43,797 nt of DNA, from NCBI GenBank assembly GCA_002692425.1, contig NZKB01000009.1:1-43797 (forward strand). The letters are read 5' to 3'. A program made the translations under genes and the position numbers. The notes beneath the pieces are model-generated. The model saw nothing but the letters and a program-made list of their open reading frames with translations. It had not been told where the DNA came from and did not search any database. Of the stretch, positions 28,261 to 36,497 are shown piece by piece. The stretch's first letter is position 1; each line of letters begins with the position of its first letter. The DNA comes from Gammaproteobacteria bacterium. GTDB taxonomy: Bacteria > Pseudomonadota > Gammaproteobacteria > Magnimaribacterales > TMED112.

Positions 28261-29058
28261 ATGGAATCCATTCAGGAAATAGCATTACCAAAAGTTAAGG
28301 GTAATACTGTAGATCAGTTGCCTGAAAACCTCTATGTGCCTCCAAAAGCACTGCTTCTGCTATTAGATGTTTTTTCAGGGCCAATGGATTTTTTGTTGTA
28401 TCTTATACAACGTAAAAATTTAGACATTTTAGAAGTCAATTTAATTGAAATTACCAATCAATATATTACGTATATTGAGATGATGGAAGATTTTGAGTAC
28501 GAGTTAGCTGGTGACTATTTGGCTATGGCAGCATATTTAGCTGAAATAAAATCAAGAATCTTGTTACCTAGAGAAGAAGAGAACGAAGAGGAAGACGGAG
28601 ATCCTAAAGCAGAATTACTTAGAAGATTACAAGAGTATAAAAGATTTAAAGAGGTATCTTTTAAGCTGGATGAGATGCCAAGAATTGACAGAGATATATT
28701 TCCAGCAGCAGGAAAGTTGCCAGAATTTGAGTTGCCTAAACCAAAGAATAATTACGATAAAAATGATTTAACATTTGCAATGAGATCAATGCTTGATGAA
28801 ATGGTTAGACTATCAAGTCATAAAGTCAAACTCGGAAATATAACTTTAGAATCAAAAATGAAACTTTTATTAGATAGTTTGAAAGAAAGAGATTTTATAT
28901 CACTGCCAGAGTTAATTCTTAACGGCGAATCTAAGTTAGCAGTTTCAGTAATTTTATCCGCCGCTTTGGAATTAAATAGAAAAGGATATATTGAAATTGT
29001 TCAAGCAGAGCAATTTGGAGAGATTTATTTTAAAGGTTCAGAAGAGGTAGTTCATTAA
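28261..29058 (+). CDS. scpA: Segregation and condensation protein A (kleisin)
   Basis: It has FSGPMDFLLYLIQRKNLDILEVNLIEITNQYITYI, the classic ScpA N-terminal motif. Length is 265 aa and scpB follows. Confidence 0.9.
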   Translation: MESIQEIALPKVKGNTVDQLPENLYVPPKALLLLLDVFSGPMDFLLYLIQRKNLDILEVNLIEITNQYITYIEMMEDFEYELAGDYLAMAAYLAEIKSRILLPREEENEEEDGDPKAELLRRLQEYKRFKEVSFKLDEMPRIDRDIFPAAGKLPEFELPKPKNNYDKNDLTFAMRSMLDEMVRLSSHKVKLGNITLESKMKLLLDSLKERDFISLPELILNGESKLAVSVILSAALELNRKGYIEIVQAEQFGEIYFKGSEEVVH

Positions 29059-29639
29059 TGGATATTAAAAAAAGGACAGAAGCACTTTTACTCGCAGCAA
29101 ATAGAGCTTTGTCTGTGAAAGACATTGTTGAGTTATTGGAAATTCAATCTGCAAAAGAGGAATCTGAAGTCCTCAGTGCGGTAGTATCTCTCAAGGAAGC
29201 CTATGAAAATAAGCCTTATGATTTAGTTGAAGTTTCAAGCGGTTATAGAATTCAATTAAACCAAGATTATTCAAAAGATATTGCTAAACTATGGGAAGTT
29301 AAACCATTAAGACTTTCAAGAGCTACATTAGAGACACTTTCAATAATCACATACATGCAGCCAGTTACCAGAGGAGACATTGAGGATATTAGGGGAGTGA
29401 ATGTTGCAACTAATGTAATTAAAGTTTTGATGGACCAAGGCTGGATAAAAATAAAAGGTTACAGAGATGTGCCTGGAAGACCAGCTCTTTTTATAACGAC
29501 GCAAAAATTCTTGGATGATTTTTCTATGAAAACATTAGATGATCTTCCGGTTTTACCTGATTTACCAGAAATAGAAAATATTTCGCCGGAACTAAGCCTT
29601 CAGGAAGATGCAATTGAGCAAGAAGCTCCAAAACAATAA
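29058..29639 (+). CDS. scpB: Segregation and condensation protein B
   Basis: 193 aa with EALLLAANRALSVKDIVELL and tandem winged-helix motifs (TLSIITYMQPVTRGDIEDIRGV). The start overlaps the scpA stop by 1 nt. Confidence 0.9.
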   Translation: MDIKKRTEALLLAANRALSVKDIVELLEIQSAKEESEVLSAVVSLKEAYENKPYDLVEVSSGYRIQLNQDYSKDIAKLWEVKPLRLSRATLETLSIITYMQPVTRGDIEDIRGVNVATNVIKVLMDQGWIKIKGYRDVPGRPALFITTQKFLDDFSMKTLDDLPVLPDLPEIENISPELSLQEDAIEQEAPKQ

Positions 29640-30372
29640 ACAAAAGCTTGAAAAATACTTGGCAAGTATAGGGTTTGCGTCTCGACGCAACGTAAATGAA
29701 TTTCTCAAGACAAAAAAAGTCACACTAAATTCTAAAAAAGTAAAAATAGATACATATGTTGAAAATGACGACATTTTAAACATTGATGGTGAGGATCTAG
29801 TCGTTGAGCTGAATCCAGAAACTGAAGTTCTTATATATCACAAACCCACTGGTCAGGTTTGCTCAAATATGCCTACAGACAAGAATGATAGTGTTTTTCA
29901 AGGATTGCCAGCAAGAAAAAAGGGGAAGTGGATTATGGTAGGTCGGCTTGATGTGAATACATCTGGTCTTTTAATTTTTTCTAATGATGGAAATCTAGTG
30001 AATTTCTTAGCTCACCCAAGCAGTAATATTGATAGAGAATATTTGTGTAGGGTTTATGGTGATGTGTCAGACAAAAAAATTGAAAACTTACTTAAAGGAG
30101 TAAAAATAAATAATGAGTTGGCTCAATTCTCTGATGTTGTAGCAGTCAAGAAAACTTCAAAGTCAAAAAACCATTGGTTCTATGTCTGTTTATTTAGTGG
30201 AAAGAATAGGGAAGTCAGAAAGCTATGGAAAACACAAAAATTAGATGTTAACAGGCTAATAAGGCTTAGGTTTGGACCAATTTTATTACCTGATAATTTA
30301 AAACCTGGTGGGTGGAAAAAGTTTTCTAAAAAAGAAGTTTTAAAATTAAAAAATATCTTAGAAATTAATTGA
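29608..30372 (+). CDS. rluB: 23S rRNA pseudouridine synthase, RsuA/RluB family
   Basis: It has an S4 domain (KLEKYLASIGFASRR) and the catalytic motif GRLDVNTSGLLIFSNDG. The ATG at 29608 gives a 32-nt overlap with scpB, and no other ATG precedes the S4 domain. Confidence 0.85.
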   Translation: MQLSKKLQNNKQKLEKYLASIGFASRRNVNEFLKTKKVTLNSKKVKIDTYVENDDILNIDGEDLVVELNPETEVLIYHKPTGQVCSNMPTDKNDSVFQGLPARKKGKWIMVGRLDVNTSGLLIFSNDGNLVNFLAHPSSNIDREYLCRVYGDVSDKKIENLLKGVKINNELAQFSDVVAVKKTSKSKNHWFYVCLFSGKNREVRKLWKTQKLDVNRLIRLRFGPILLPDNLKPGGWKKFSKKEVLKLKNILEIN

Positions 30373-31363
30373 GTTCAATGATTCCTACGACAGGAAAATG
30401 GTCTGAAACCCCTATTACATTTTTTGCATCATACCGAATAGGTGTTGCATCTTCTCTTGTTTGAAGCGGATGATTCACAATACTGACACCATCGGCGACA
30501 AAATTAGTATTTCTGTTTTTTCTTACCATAATCACATCTAGAAAACTCCATGATTTACCTGTAAACCAATAGCTTGTTCCATTGCAGTCTGAACATTGAT
30601 CTCTATGAGAAACATACCAAGTCTTATTGGCATTTTTAAAAGTCTGCTCTTTATCATCTTCAGTCTGTGTGACATTAAAATCACCTAAAGCTAACACAGG
30701 TCCTTTTGTAACGGAGGCAAGCTTTTCTAACGTTGAAAAGGCAGCTTTTCTCATAAATACTGGGTTATAAGGTGCGGGGAAATGCACGTTGAAAACTGTT
30801 ATTTTCTTGTTATTGATGGAAAAAACACTTTCGTGGATTTCTCTTGTATCACCAATTTGTTGTTTTGTAGCACCACTAAATTCAATTTTATGTAATTTTG
30901 ATTCAATAATTTTATATTTGGATATAAAAGCTGTATCAATCCCTCTGTTATCACTACCTTCCAGAAGAACGTAATGCTTATAGCCTGCTCCTTCAAGTTT
31001 TTTAAATAATTGTTTTAGAATTCTATTATTTTCAACTTCTTGTAAACCAATTATGTCTGGACCGTTATTTCCATAGGATAAAATAACGGTTGCTATGGAA
31101 TTTAATTTGTGTTCAATTACTTCATCTGTCCAATCAATATATAAGCAATCATCTCTCCATCTTTTAGTAGAAATTTTTTCACAATTTCTTATATGTGCTG
31201 GAGTTTGTTTTTTTGAAAATTCAAGATAAGTTTCATCAGTTTTATAAGCATCATTTCTGTTATCAAAAAGATTCTCAACATTAAAAGTCATTACAGAAAT
31301 AGTTTCACCGTATAAAGACAATGAAAATATTAAAGCCGTAAGAATTTTTAGTAAATTATGCAT
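30365..31363 (-). CDS. Secreted endonuclease/exonuclease/phosphatase (EEP) family protein
   Basis: It has a signal peptide (MHNLLKILTALIFSLSLYG/E). EEP catalytic landmarks are TFNVENLF, IIGLQEVE, LGDFNV and C-terminal VSDHFPV. The ATG at 31363 is preceded by GGAGG 7 nt upstream, so it is preferred to the TTG at 31369 in the track. Confidence 0.85.
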   Translation of the reverse strand: MHNLLKILTALIFSLSLYGETISVMTFNVENLFDNRNDAYKTDETYLEFSKKQTPAHIRNCEKISTKRWRDDCLYIDWTDEVIEHKLNSIATVILSYGNNGPDIIGLQEVENNRILKQLFKKLEGAGYKHYVLLEGSDNRGIDTAFISKYKIIESKLHKIEFSGATKQQIGDTREIHESVFSINNKKITVFNVHFPAPYNPVFMRKAAFSTLEKLASVTKGPVLALGDFNVTQTEDDKEQTFKNANKTWYVSHRDQCSDCNGTSYWFTGKSWSFLDVIMVRKNRNTNFVADGVSIVNHPLQTREDATPIRYDAKNVIGVSDHFPVVGIIELN

Positions 31364-31595
31364 TTTCAACCCTCCATTCAGTTATTGTATTCACCCTAAT
31401 ATCTCTCCAAGCATTTTTATCAAGAGACCAAACCATAATTGTTTCGCTTTCTGAAGAGATATTCATAATTTTAACACCGTCAGGCATAAGATCTTCGTTG
31501 AGTGTAGAGGGCATGACCCTAATATCTCCAGAATCAATTTTTTTAAAACTGATTACAACGATACCATTCTTTAATGCATTAATTAGTTCTTTCAT
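31356..31595 (-). CDS. Small (79 aa) DUF2693/WYL_2-like SH3-type beta-barrel protein
   Basis: The pattern is VVISFKKIDSGDIRVMPSTLN ... IMVWSLDKNAWRDIRVNTI. It matches my memory of the DUF2693 signature (V.F.K.dG..R.M..T.n ... vWD...WRsf). Both ends overlap the neighbouring genes (17 nt and 8 nt). Confidence 0.6.
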   Translation of the reverse strand: MKELINALKNGIVVISFKKIDSGDIRVMPSTLNEDLMPDGVKIMNISSESETIMVWSLDKNAWRDIRVNTITEWRVENA

Positions 31596-32331
31596 GATAG
31601 TTATACATAATACCTGTTTCCTGACATTCTTCTGACAGTAACCATAAATAATCTATAGCAATTTCGCTAGGTGTTCTTAAGGTGTTTGGATCTTCAGCTG
31701 GAAATGCTTGTGCCCTCATTTGTGTTCTTATTGGTCCTGGATTGTAAGAATTAACTCGCATATCTTTTTCATATTCGTCAGCAAGGCTCTGCATCAGGCC
31801 TTCAACTGCAAATTTAGAAATAGAGTAACTTGTCCAGAAAGCTCTCGCTTTTCTGCCAACTCCAGATGATGTGAAGATAACTGATGGATTTTTTGCCTTC
31901 AGCAATAGTGGTAAAGATAGCTGAGTCAGTAAAAAGTTACTTTCAAAATTTACCTGCATCACTGTCTTTAGTTGTTGTAATGAGGTATTAATTATTGGCG
32001 ACAAATAACCTAGAACTCCTGCTATATGCACTAGACCATCTAATTTTTCATAATTGTCATATAAGCTGTCAGCTAGCTTTTTGTAATCTTTTTCGCTGGC
32101 TTTCAAAAAATCAAATTCAACTATTAAGGGTTCATTTCTACCCTCGTCACAAATTTCATCTTGCAGTGAATAAAGTTTTTTTATGTCTTTTGATAGCAAT
32201 ATAAGATTTGCATCATTTTTTGCAGCAATTTTTGCTACTGCTCTGCCAATACCAGATCCAGCCCCTGTAATAAGGATATTTTTACTAGAAAGTGAGTCTT
32301 CAGAAATATTTGCATAAGGAACATGTTTCAT
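31579..32331 (-). CDS. Short-chain dehydrogenase/reductase, YciK-like
   Basis: It has the TGAGSGIGRAVA cofactor motif and the YSISKFAVEG catalytic YxxxK. Length is 250 aa. Its position after ubiG and the HAD phosphatase matches Pseudomonas. Confidence 0.88.
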   Translation of the reverse strand: MKHVPYANISEDSLSSKNILITGAGSGIGRAVAKIAAKNDANLILLSKDIKKLYSLQDEICDEGRNEPLIVEFDFLKASEKDYKKLADSLYDNYEKLDGLVHIAGVLGYLSPIINTSLQQLKTVMQVNFESNFLLTQLSLPLLLKAKNPSVIFTSSGVGRKARAFWTSYSISKFAVEGLMQSLADEYEKDMRVNSYNPGPIRTQMRAQAFPAEDPNTLRTPSEIAIDYLWLLSEECQETGIMYNYHERTN

Positions 32332-32975
32332 AATATTTTTTTTATATCAATTGGCGAATCAATAATATAGTCAGCACCCCAGCTTAACGGGTCAGACTGA
32401 TAATAACCATAAGTGCAGGCAATCGATTTAACATTTGCATTTTTTGCAGTCAGAATATCTCTTTTATGGTCTCCAACATAAAAAGATTTTTCAATACTTG
32501 CATCCAGTGAATCTAATGCCCTGAGAATTCCTTCAGGATCAGGTTTTGTTTGTTGAACATCCTCTGGACAAATAATCGCACTAGTTTGATTGTGCCAGTT
32601 AAGTTTTTCGGTAATTGGCAAGGTATACTTCGCTGATTTATTCGTAACAATTCCCCAAGGAATATTCTTCTCAGTTAAAAAATTTAATAATTCTTCGACA
32701 CCCTCGTACACATGGATATCTGATGCCATTATTTGAGTATATCTTTTCAAAAATTTAAGTTTTAACTCATCAATTTTTTCGTCACTGGCATCAGGAAAAG
32801 CATTTTTTAAAACTAGAGACGCCCCTCTGGAGGAAAATTCTCTCACGATTTCAAAATTAACAGGATCTTGAGATTCCCTTTCCTTTAATTCATTAACGAT
32901 TTTTAAAAATGAAAGACCTGAATTGATCAATGTGCCATCAAGATCGAACAATACAGCGCTATTTTTTGGTTGCAT
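32328..32975 (-). CDS. HAD-IA phosphatase (phosphoglycolate phosphatase / MupP-like)
   Basis: HAD motifs are LFDLDGTL (I), VTNK (II) and GDHKRDI (III). The start is set to the ATG at 32975 (MQPKNSAVLFDLDG), not 33017. It still overlaps the ubiG 3' end by 17 nt. Confidence 0.85.
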   Translation of the reverse strand: MQPKNSAVLFDLDGTLINSGLSFLKIVNELKERESQDPVNFEIVREFSSRGASLVLKNAFPDASDEKIDELKLKFLKRYTQIMASDIHVYEGVEELLNFLTEKNIPWGIVTNKSAKYTLPITEKLNWHNQTSAIICPEDVQQTKPDPEGILRALDSLDASIEKSFYVGDHKRDILTAKNANVKSIACTYGYYQSDPLSWGADYIIDSPIDIKKIL

Positions 32976-33651
32976 GAATAATATAATTAACTGAAGGGTC
33001 GTCGGTAAGTCGAACAATATCTAAGAATGGCAGATATGACATCCCTTTAACCTCCTCAAAAACTAAACTTGCTTGATCAATATAATCTTTCATTTCCGAA
33101 GGTTTAATAAGTTTTTCAAATTCGTGCGTACCTTGTGGAAGAATATTAAGGATATATTCAGCACCTAAAATTGCAAAAATAAAAGATTTCAAATTTCTGT
33201 TGATAGTTGAAAAAAATAAATGCCCACCTGGCTTACAAAGTTGCGCACATTCTTTAATGACCTGTGATGGATCTGGAACATGTTCTAACATCTCTAAACA
33301 AGTAATTAGGTCAAATGTTTTTTTCTCCTTCATCATATCAGTAGTACTGATCTTTCTGTAATTTATATCAAGCTTGGATTTTTTTTGTCTTATCTTAGCA
33401 ACATTTAGAGGTCCATCAGCTAAATCGATAGCTGTGACCTTGGCTCCTTTTTGTGATAATAGTTCAGCAAGAATACCGCCACCACAACCAATATCTAGAA
33501 TTTCCAGGTTTTTGATGTCAACTTTATCTTCAATGTAGCTAGTTCGTAAGGGATTGATCAAATGCAGTGGTTTAAACTTTCCATTCGGATCCCACCACTG
33601 GTCAGCTAGTTTTGTGAATTTTTCTAATTCTAATTGATCAAAATTTTCCAT
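32959..33651 (-). CDS. ubiG: Bifunctional 3-demethylubiquinol / 2-polyprenyl-6-hydroxyphenol O-methyltransferase
   Basis: Motifs FTKLADQWWDPNGKFKPLHLINPLR, the SAM motif ILDIGCGGGILAE and CLEMLEHVPDP are present. Length is 230 aa. Confidence 0.93.
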   Translation of the reverse strand: MENFDQLELEKFTKLADQWWDPNGKFKPLHLINPLRTSYIEDKVDIKNLEILDIGCGGGILAELLSQKGAKVTAIDLADGPLNVAKIRQKKSKLDINYRKISTTDMMKEKKTFDLITCLEMLEHVPDPSQVIKECAQLCKPGGHLFFSTINRNLKSFIFAILGAEYILNILPQGTHEFEKLIKPSEMKDYIDQASLVFEEVKGMSYLPFLDIVRLTDDPSVNYIIHATKK

Positions 33652-33685
33652 AAGTTAAAGTATATCTTTAGATATTAAATATTTT
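33652..33685. promoter_or_regulatory. 34-nt divergent control region ubiG / pntAA with a 6-2-6 palindrome
   Basis: ATATCT-TT-AGATAT at 33662-33675 is centred in the only non-coding DNA between the two divergent start codons. Confidence 0.35.
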
Positions 33686-34804
33686 ATGATTTTAGGGGCC
33701 GTCAAACCAAAAAACCAAAAAGATCTTAGATCGAGTTTACATCCAAACACGATAAAGCCAATTTTAGATATGGGTATAGATATCATATTTGAAAGTGGGC
33801 TTGGAAAAGGCATGGATGTCAATGACGAAGTTTTCTTAAGCCTGGGTGCAAAATCAGCTAGTAGAGAAGCATGCTTATCACAATCTAATGTACTTATGTC
33901 AACGTCCCCAATTGCAGTCAACGAGATTTCTGCAATGAAAGATCATGCCTTATTTCTAGGTTTAATGGAACCGTTTTCAAATAAGGACCAATTTTCCGGA
34001 TTTCAACTAAATAATGTTTCAGCGGTAAGTATGGAATTCATTCCTAGAATTACGAGAGCTCAAAAAATGGATGTTTTGAGTAGCCAGTCGAATTTAGCTG
34101 GATATGTAGCAGTTATTGAATCAGCCAAAGAGTTAAAATCGGCTTTACCAATGATGATGACCGCAGCTGGGACATTGAAACCTGCTACGGTTTTTGTAAT
34201 AGGAGTTGGTGTCGCAGGTTTACAAGCTATTGCTACTGCTAAGAGATTAGGCGCAAAAGTAGAGGCATTTGATACTAGGCCTGTTGTTGAGGAGCAAGTC
34301 AAATCACTAGGAGCCAAATTTGTGAAAATTGAATTAGGAGATACAGGGCAAACTGATCAAGGTTATGCAAATGAACTTACAAAAGAACAAATCCAGTTGC
34401 AAAAAGATCTGCAAAGTGAAGTTTGTGCAAGATCAGATATTGTAATCACAACTGCTCAACTTTTTGGAAGGCCAGCACCAAAACTGATTGATGATAAGAC
34501 GATAAAAAAAATGAAGCCAGGTAGTGTAATTTTTGATATGGCAGTTGAGAGTGGAGGCAACGTGGAAGGATCTATTCTTGACGATGTAAATGTAATAAAT
34601 GGTGTAAAAGTCATGGGCTTTTCAAATCTACCTTCGCTAGTTTCTGATCACGCCTCATTTGCATTGAGCAATAATTTTGCAAATTTCATATCCGATTTTT
34701 ATTGCACCGAAAAAAAGTGCATTGAGTTAAATAAGGAAGATGAAATAATTAAATCTGCCTTGTTGGTTCATGATGGCGAAATACTAAATGGAGCATTCAA
34801 ATAA
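33686..34804 (+). CDS. pntAA: NAD(P) transhydrogenase subunit alpha, part 1 (dI, NAD(H)-binding)
   Basis: 372 aa with an alanine-dehydrogenase-like fold and the Rossmann motif VFVIGVGVAGLQAIATAKRLGA. Small alpha-2 and beta subunits follow. Confidence 0.92.
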   Translation: MILGAVKPKNQKDLRSSLHPNTIKPILDMGIDIIFESGLGKGMDVNDEVFLSLGAKSASREACLSQSNVLMSTSPIAVNEISAMKDHALFLGLMEPFSNKDQFSGFQLNNVSAVSMEFIPRITRAQKMDVLSSQSNLAGYVAVIESAKELKSALPMMMTAAGTLKPATVFVIGVGVAGLQAIATAKRLGAKVEAFDTRPVVEEQVKSLGAKFVKIELGDTGQTDQGYANELTKEQIQLQKDLQSEVCARSDIVITTAQLFGRPAPKLIDDKTIKKMKPGSVIFDMAVESGGNVEGSILDDVNVINGVKVMGFSNLPSLVSDHASFALSNNFANFISDFYCTEKKCIELNKEDEIIKSALLVHDGEILNGAFK

Positions 34805-35076
34805 TGGAAATTATACTTTTGCTATTTTTTATTTTGATTTTAGCTATTTTCCTTGGTTTGGAGTTGATTTCCAAAATACCAAGTACACTACATACCCCTT
34901 TAATGTCTGGAGCAAACGCAATTAGTGGAATCACGTTAGTTGGTGCACTAAGCCTTGATACCGGAAGTAATTTACAGATGATCCTAGCCTTTTCGGCTAT
35001 TACCTTTGCATCAATAAATGTTTTTGGTGGTTATCTAGTCACAAACAGAATGTTGAGAATGTTTAAAAAGAAATGA
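34804..35076 (+). CDS. pntAB: NAD(P) transhydrogenase subunit alpha, part 2 (membrane)
   Basis: 90 aa with three hydrophobic helices and HTPLMSGANAISGI. It has a 1-nt TAATG overlap with pntAA. Confidence 0.9.
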   Translation: MEIILLLFFILILAIFLGLELISKIPSTLHTPLMSGANAISGITLVGALSLDTGSNLQMILAFSAITFASINVFGGYLVTNRMLRMFKKK

Positions 35077-36470
35077 TGGAATTTGATTTAAATACAATGC
35101 AACAAATTGGATATATATTTTCAGCCATTCTATTCATTTATGGTTTAAAGATGCTTTCAAATGAGAGTAGTGCTGCAAGGGGTAATGTTGTCTCTTCAAT
35201 GGGGATGTTATTAGCAGTGCTTGTCACAGTCATTGAAATTGTAAATCCAGTACTTGTGCTTTCAGCAATGCTGCTTGGAGCTTTAATTGGTTCTGCATTT
35301 GCTCTCAAAGTAAAAATGACTTCAATTCCAGAAATGGTTGCATTATTTAACGGGTTTGGGGGCTTATCTTCCTTCTTTTTAGCTTGGTCGGAGTTCAATA
35401 ATCTCACTGGAATATCTTTAATAATGATTTTATCTTTTCTGACTGTAATTATTGGAGGGATAACATTTAGTGGAAGTGTGATAGCATTTTTTAAGCTCGC
35501 GGAAATCTTAAAAGGCGATAATAATCTTCTTAATAAAGCTTCAAGATGGTTTTTGATATTCAGCCTTTTGTTTGTAATTATTGCTGTTGGTCAAGTTATA
35601 GCTGGGGGTTTGGGCTACGAACTCATAGATTTAGCCTTGATTCAAAAAATATTCATAGCCCTTCTCATTATATCCTTGTTAGCTGGATTAGCCTTTGTTC
35701 TACCAATTGGAGGAGGAGATATGCCAGTTGTTATATCTTTGCTCAACTCATTTTCTGGTATAGCAGCAGCTTCTGCTGGCGTATTACTAACTAATACTGC
35801 TTTGATAGTCGCGGGCTGTTTAGTTGGTGCTTCAGGATTAGTTCTAACTCTGATAATGGCTAAATCAATGAATAGGACCTTATACAATATCTTTTTTGTA
35901 GGGTATGAAAGTTCAGGCTCAAGTGCTGCAGAAATAGATGGAGAAATTAAACCAATATCTGCTGAAGATGCATACCTCGTAGTTGAGGCGGCAAGGTCAG
36001 TTCTCATAGTTCCTGGTTACGGCATGGCTGTTGCTCAAGCTCAACATGTCGTAAAAGAATTAGGTGATCTATTAGAAGAAAATGGCTGTGAAGTTTCGTA
36101 TGGTATTCATCCAGTTGCTGGCAGAATGCCAGGCCACATGAATGTGCTTTTAGCTGAGGCTAATGTCTCGTATGACAATCTTCTTGAACCAAAAGACATT
36201 AATCCGACAATGGAAACTGTTGATATTGCTATTGTTATAGGAGCAAATGATGTAGTTAACCCATCGGCAACTGAGGAGCCTGGTAGTCCAATCTATGGTA
36301 TGCCGATTCTGGAAGTTCATAGAGCTAAAACAGCAATGGTTTTAAAGAGATCAATGGCTTCAGGTTTTGCTGGTGTTCAAAATCCACTATTTTTTAAAGA
36401 GAATTCTAGAATGCTTTTTGGTGACGCAAAAGAAAGTATTTCTAAATTAGTCGCAGAATTTAAAGATTAG
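35073..36470 (+). CDS. pntB: NAD(P) transhydrogenase subunit beta
   Basis: 465 aa. It has a polytopic N-terminal domain and a C-terminal dIII NADP(H) domain (PGYGMAVAQAQH, HPVAGRMPGHMNVLLAEA, GANDVVNP). Confidence 0.95.
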   Translation: MMEFDLNTMQQIGYIFSAILFIYGLKMLSNESSAARGNVVSSMGMLLAVLVTVIEIVNPVLVLSAMLLGALIGSAFALKVKMTSIPEMVALFNGFGGLSSFFLAWSEFNNLTGISLIMILSFLTVIIGGITFSGSVIAFFKLAEILKGDNNLLNKASRWFLIFSLLFVIIAVGQVIAGGLGYELIDLALIQKIFIALLIISLLAGLAFVLPIGGGDMPVVISLLNSFSGIAAASAGVLLTNTALIVAGCLVGASGLVLTLIMAKSMNRTLYNIFFVGYESSGSSAAEIDGEIKPISAEDAYLVVEAARSVLIVPGYGMAVAQAQHVVKELGDLLEENGCEVSYGIHPVAGRMPGHMNVLLAEANVSYDNLLEPKDINPTMETVDIAIVIGANDVVNPSATEEPGSPIYGMPILEVHRAKTAMVLKRSMASGFAGVQNPLFFKENSRMLFGDAKESISKLVAEFKD

Positions 36471-36497
36471 TTGAGATCCCTATGATAAAATAGTTTC

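Noticed and set aside
32976-33017. The ORF track gives a longer HAD phosphatase start (MFDLPTTLQLIILF...) with a 59-nt overlap into ubiG.
   Set aside because: HAD motif I (DLDGT) normally sits within about 10 residues of the N-terminus. The ATG at 32975 gives MQPKNSAVLFDLDGT. The extra 14 residues are the alternative-frame reading of the ubiG C-terminus.
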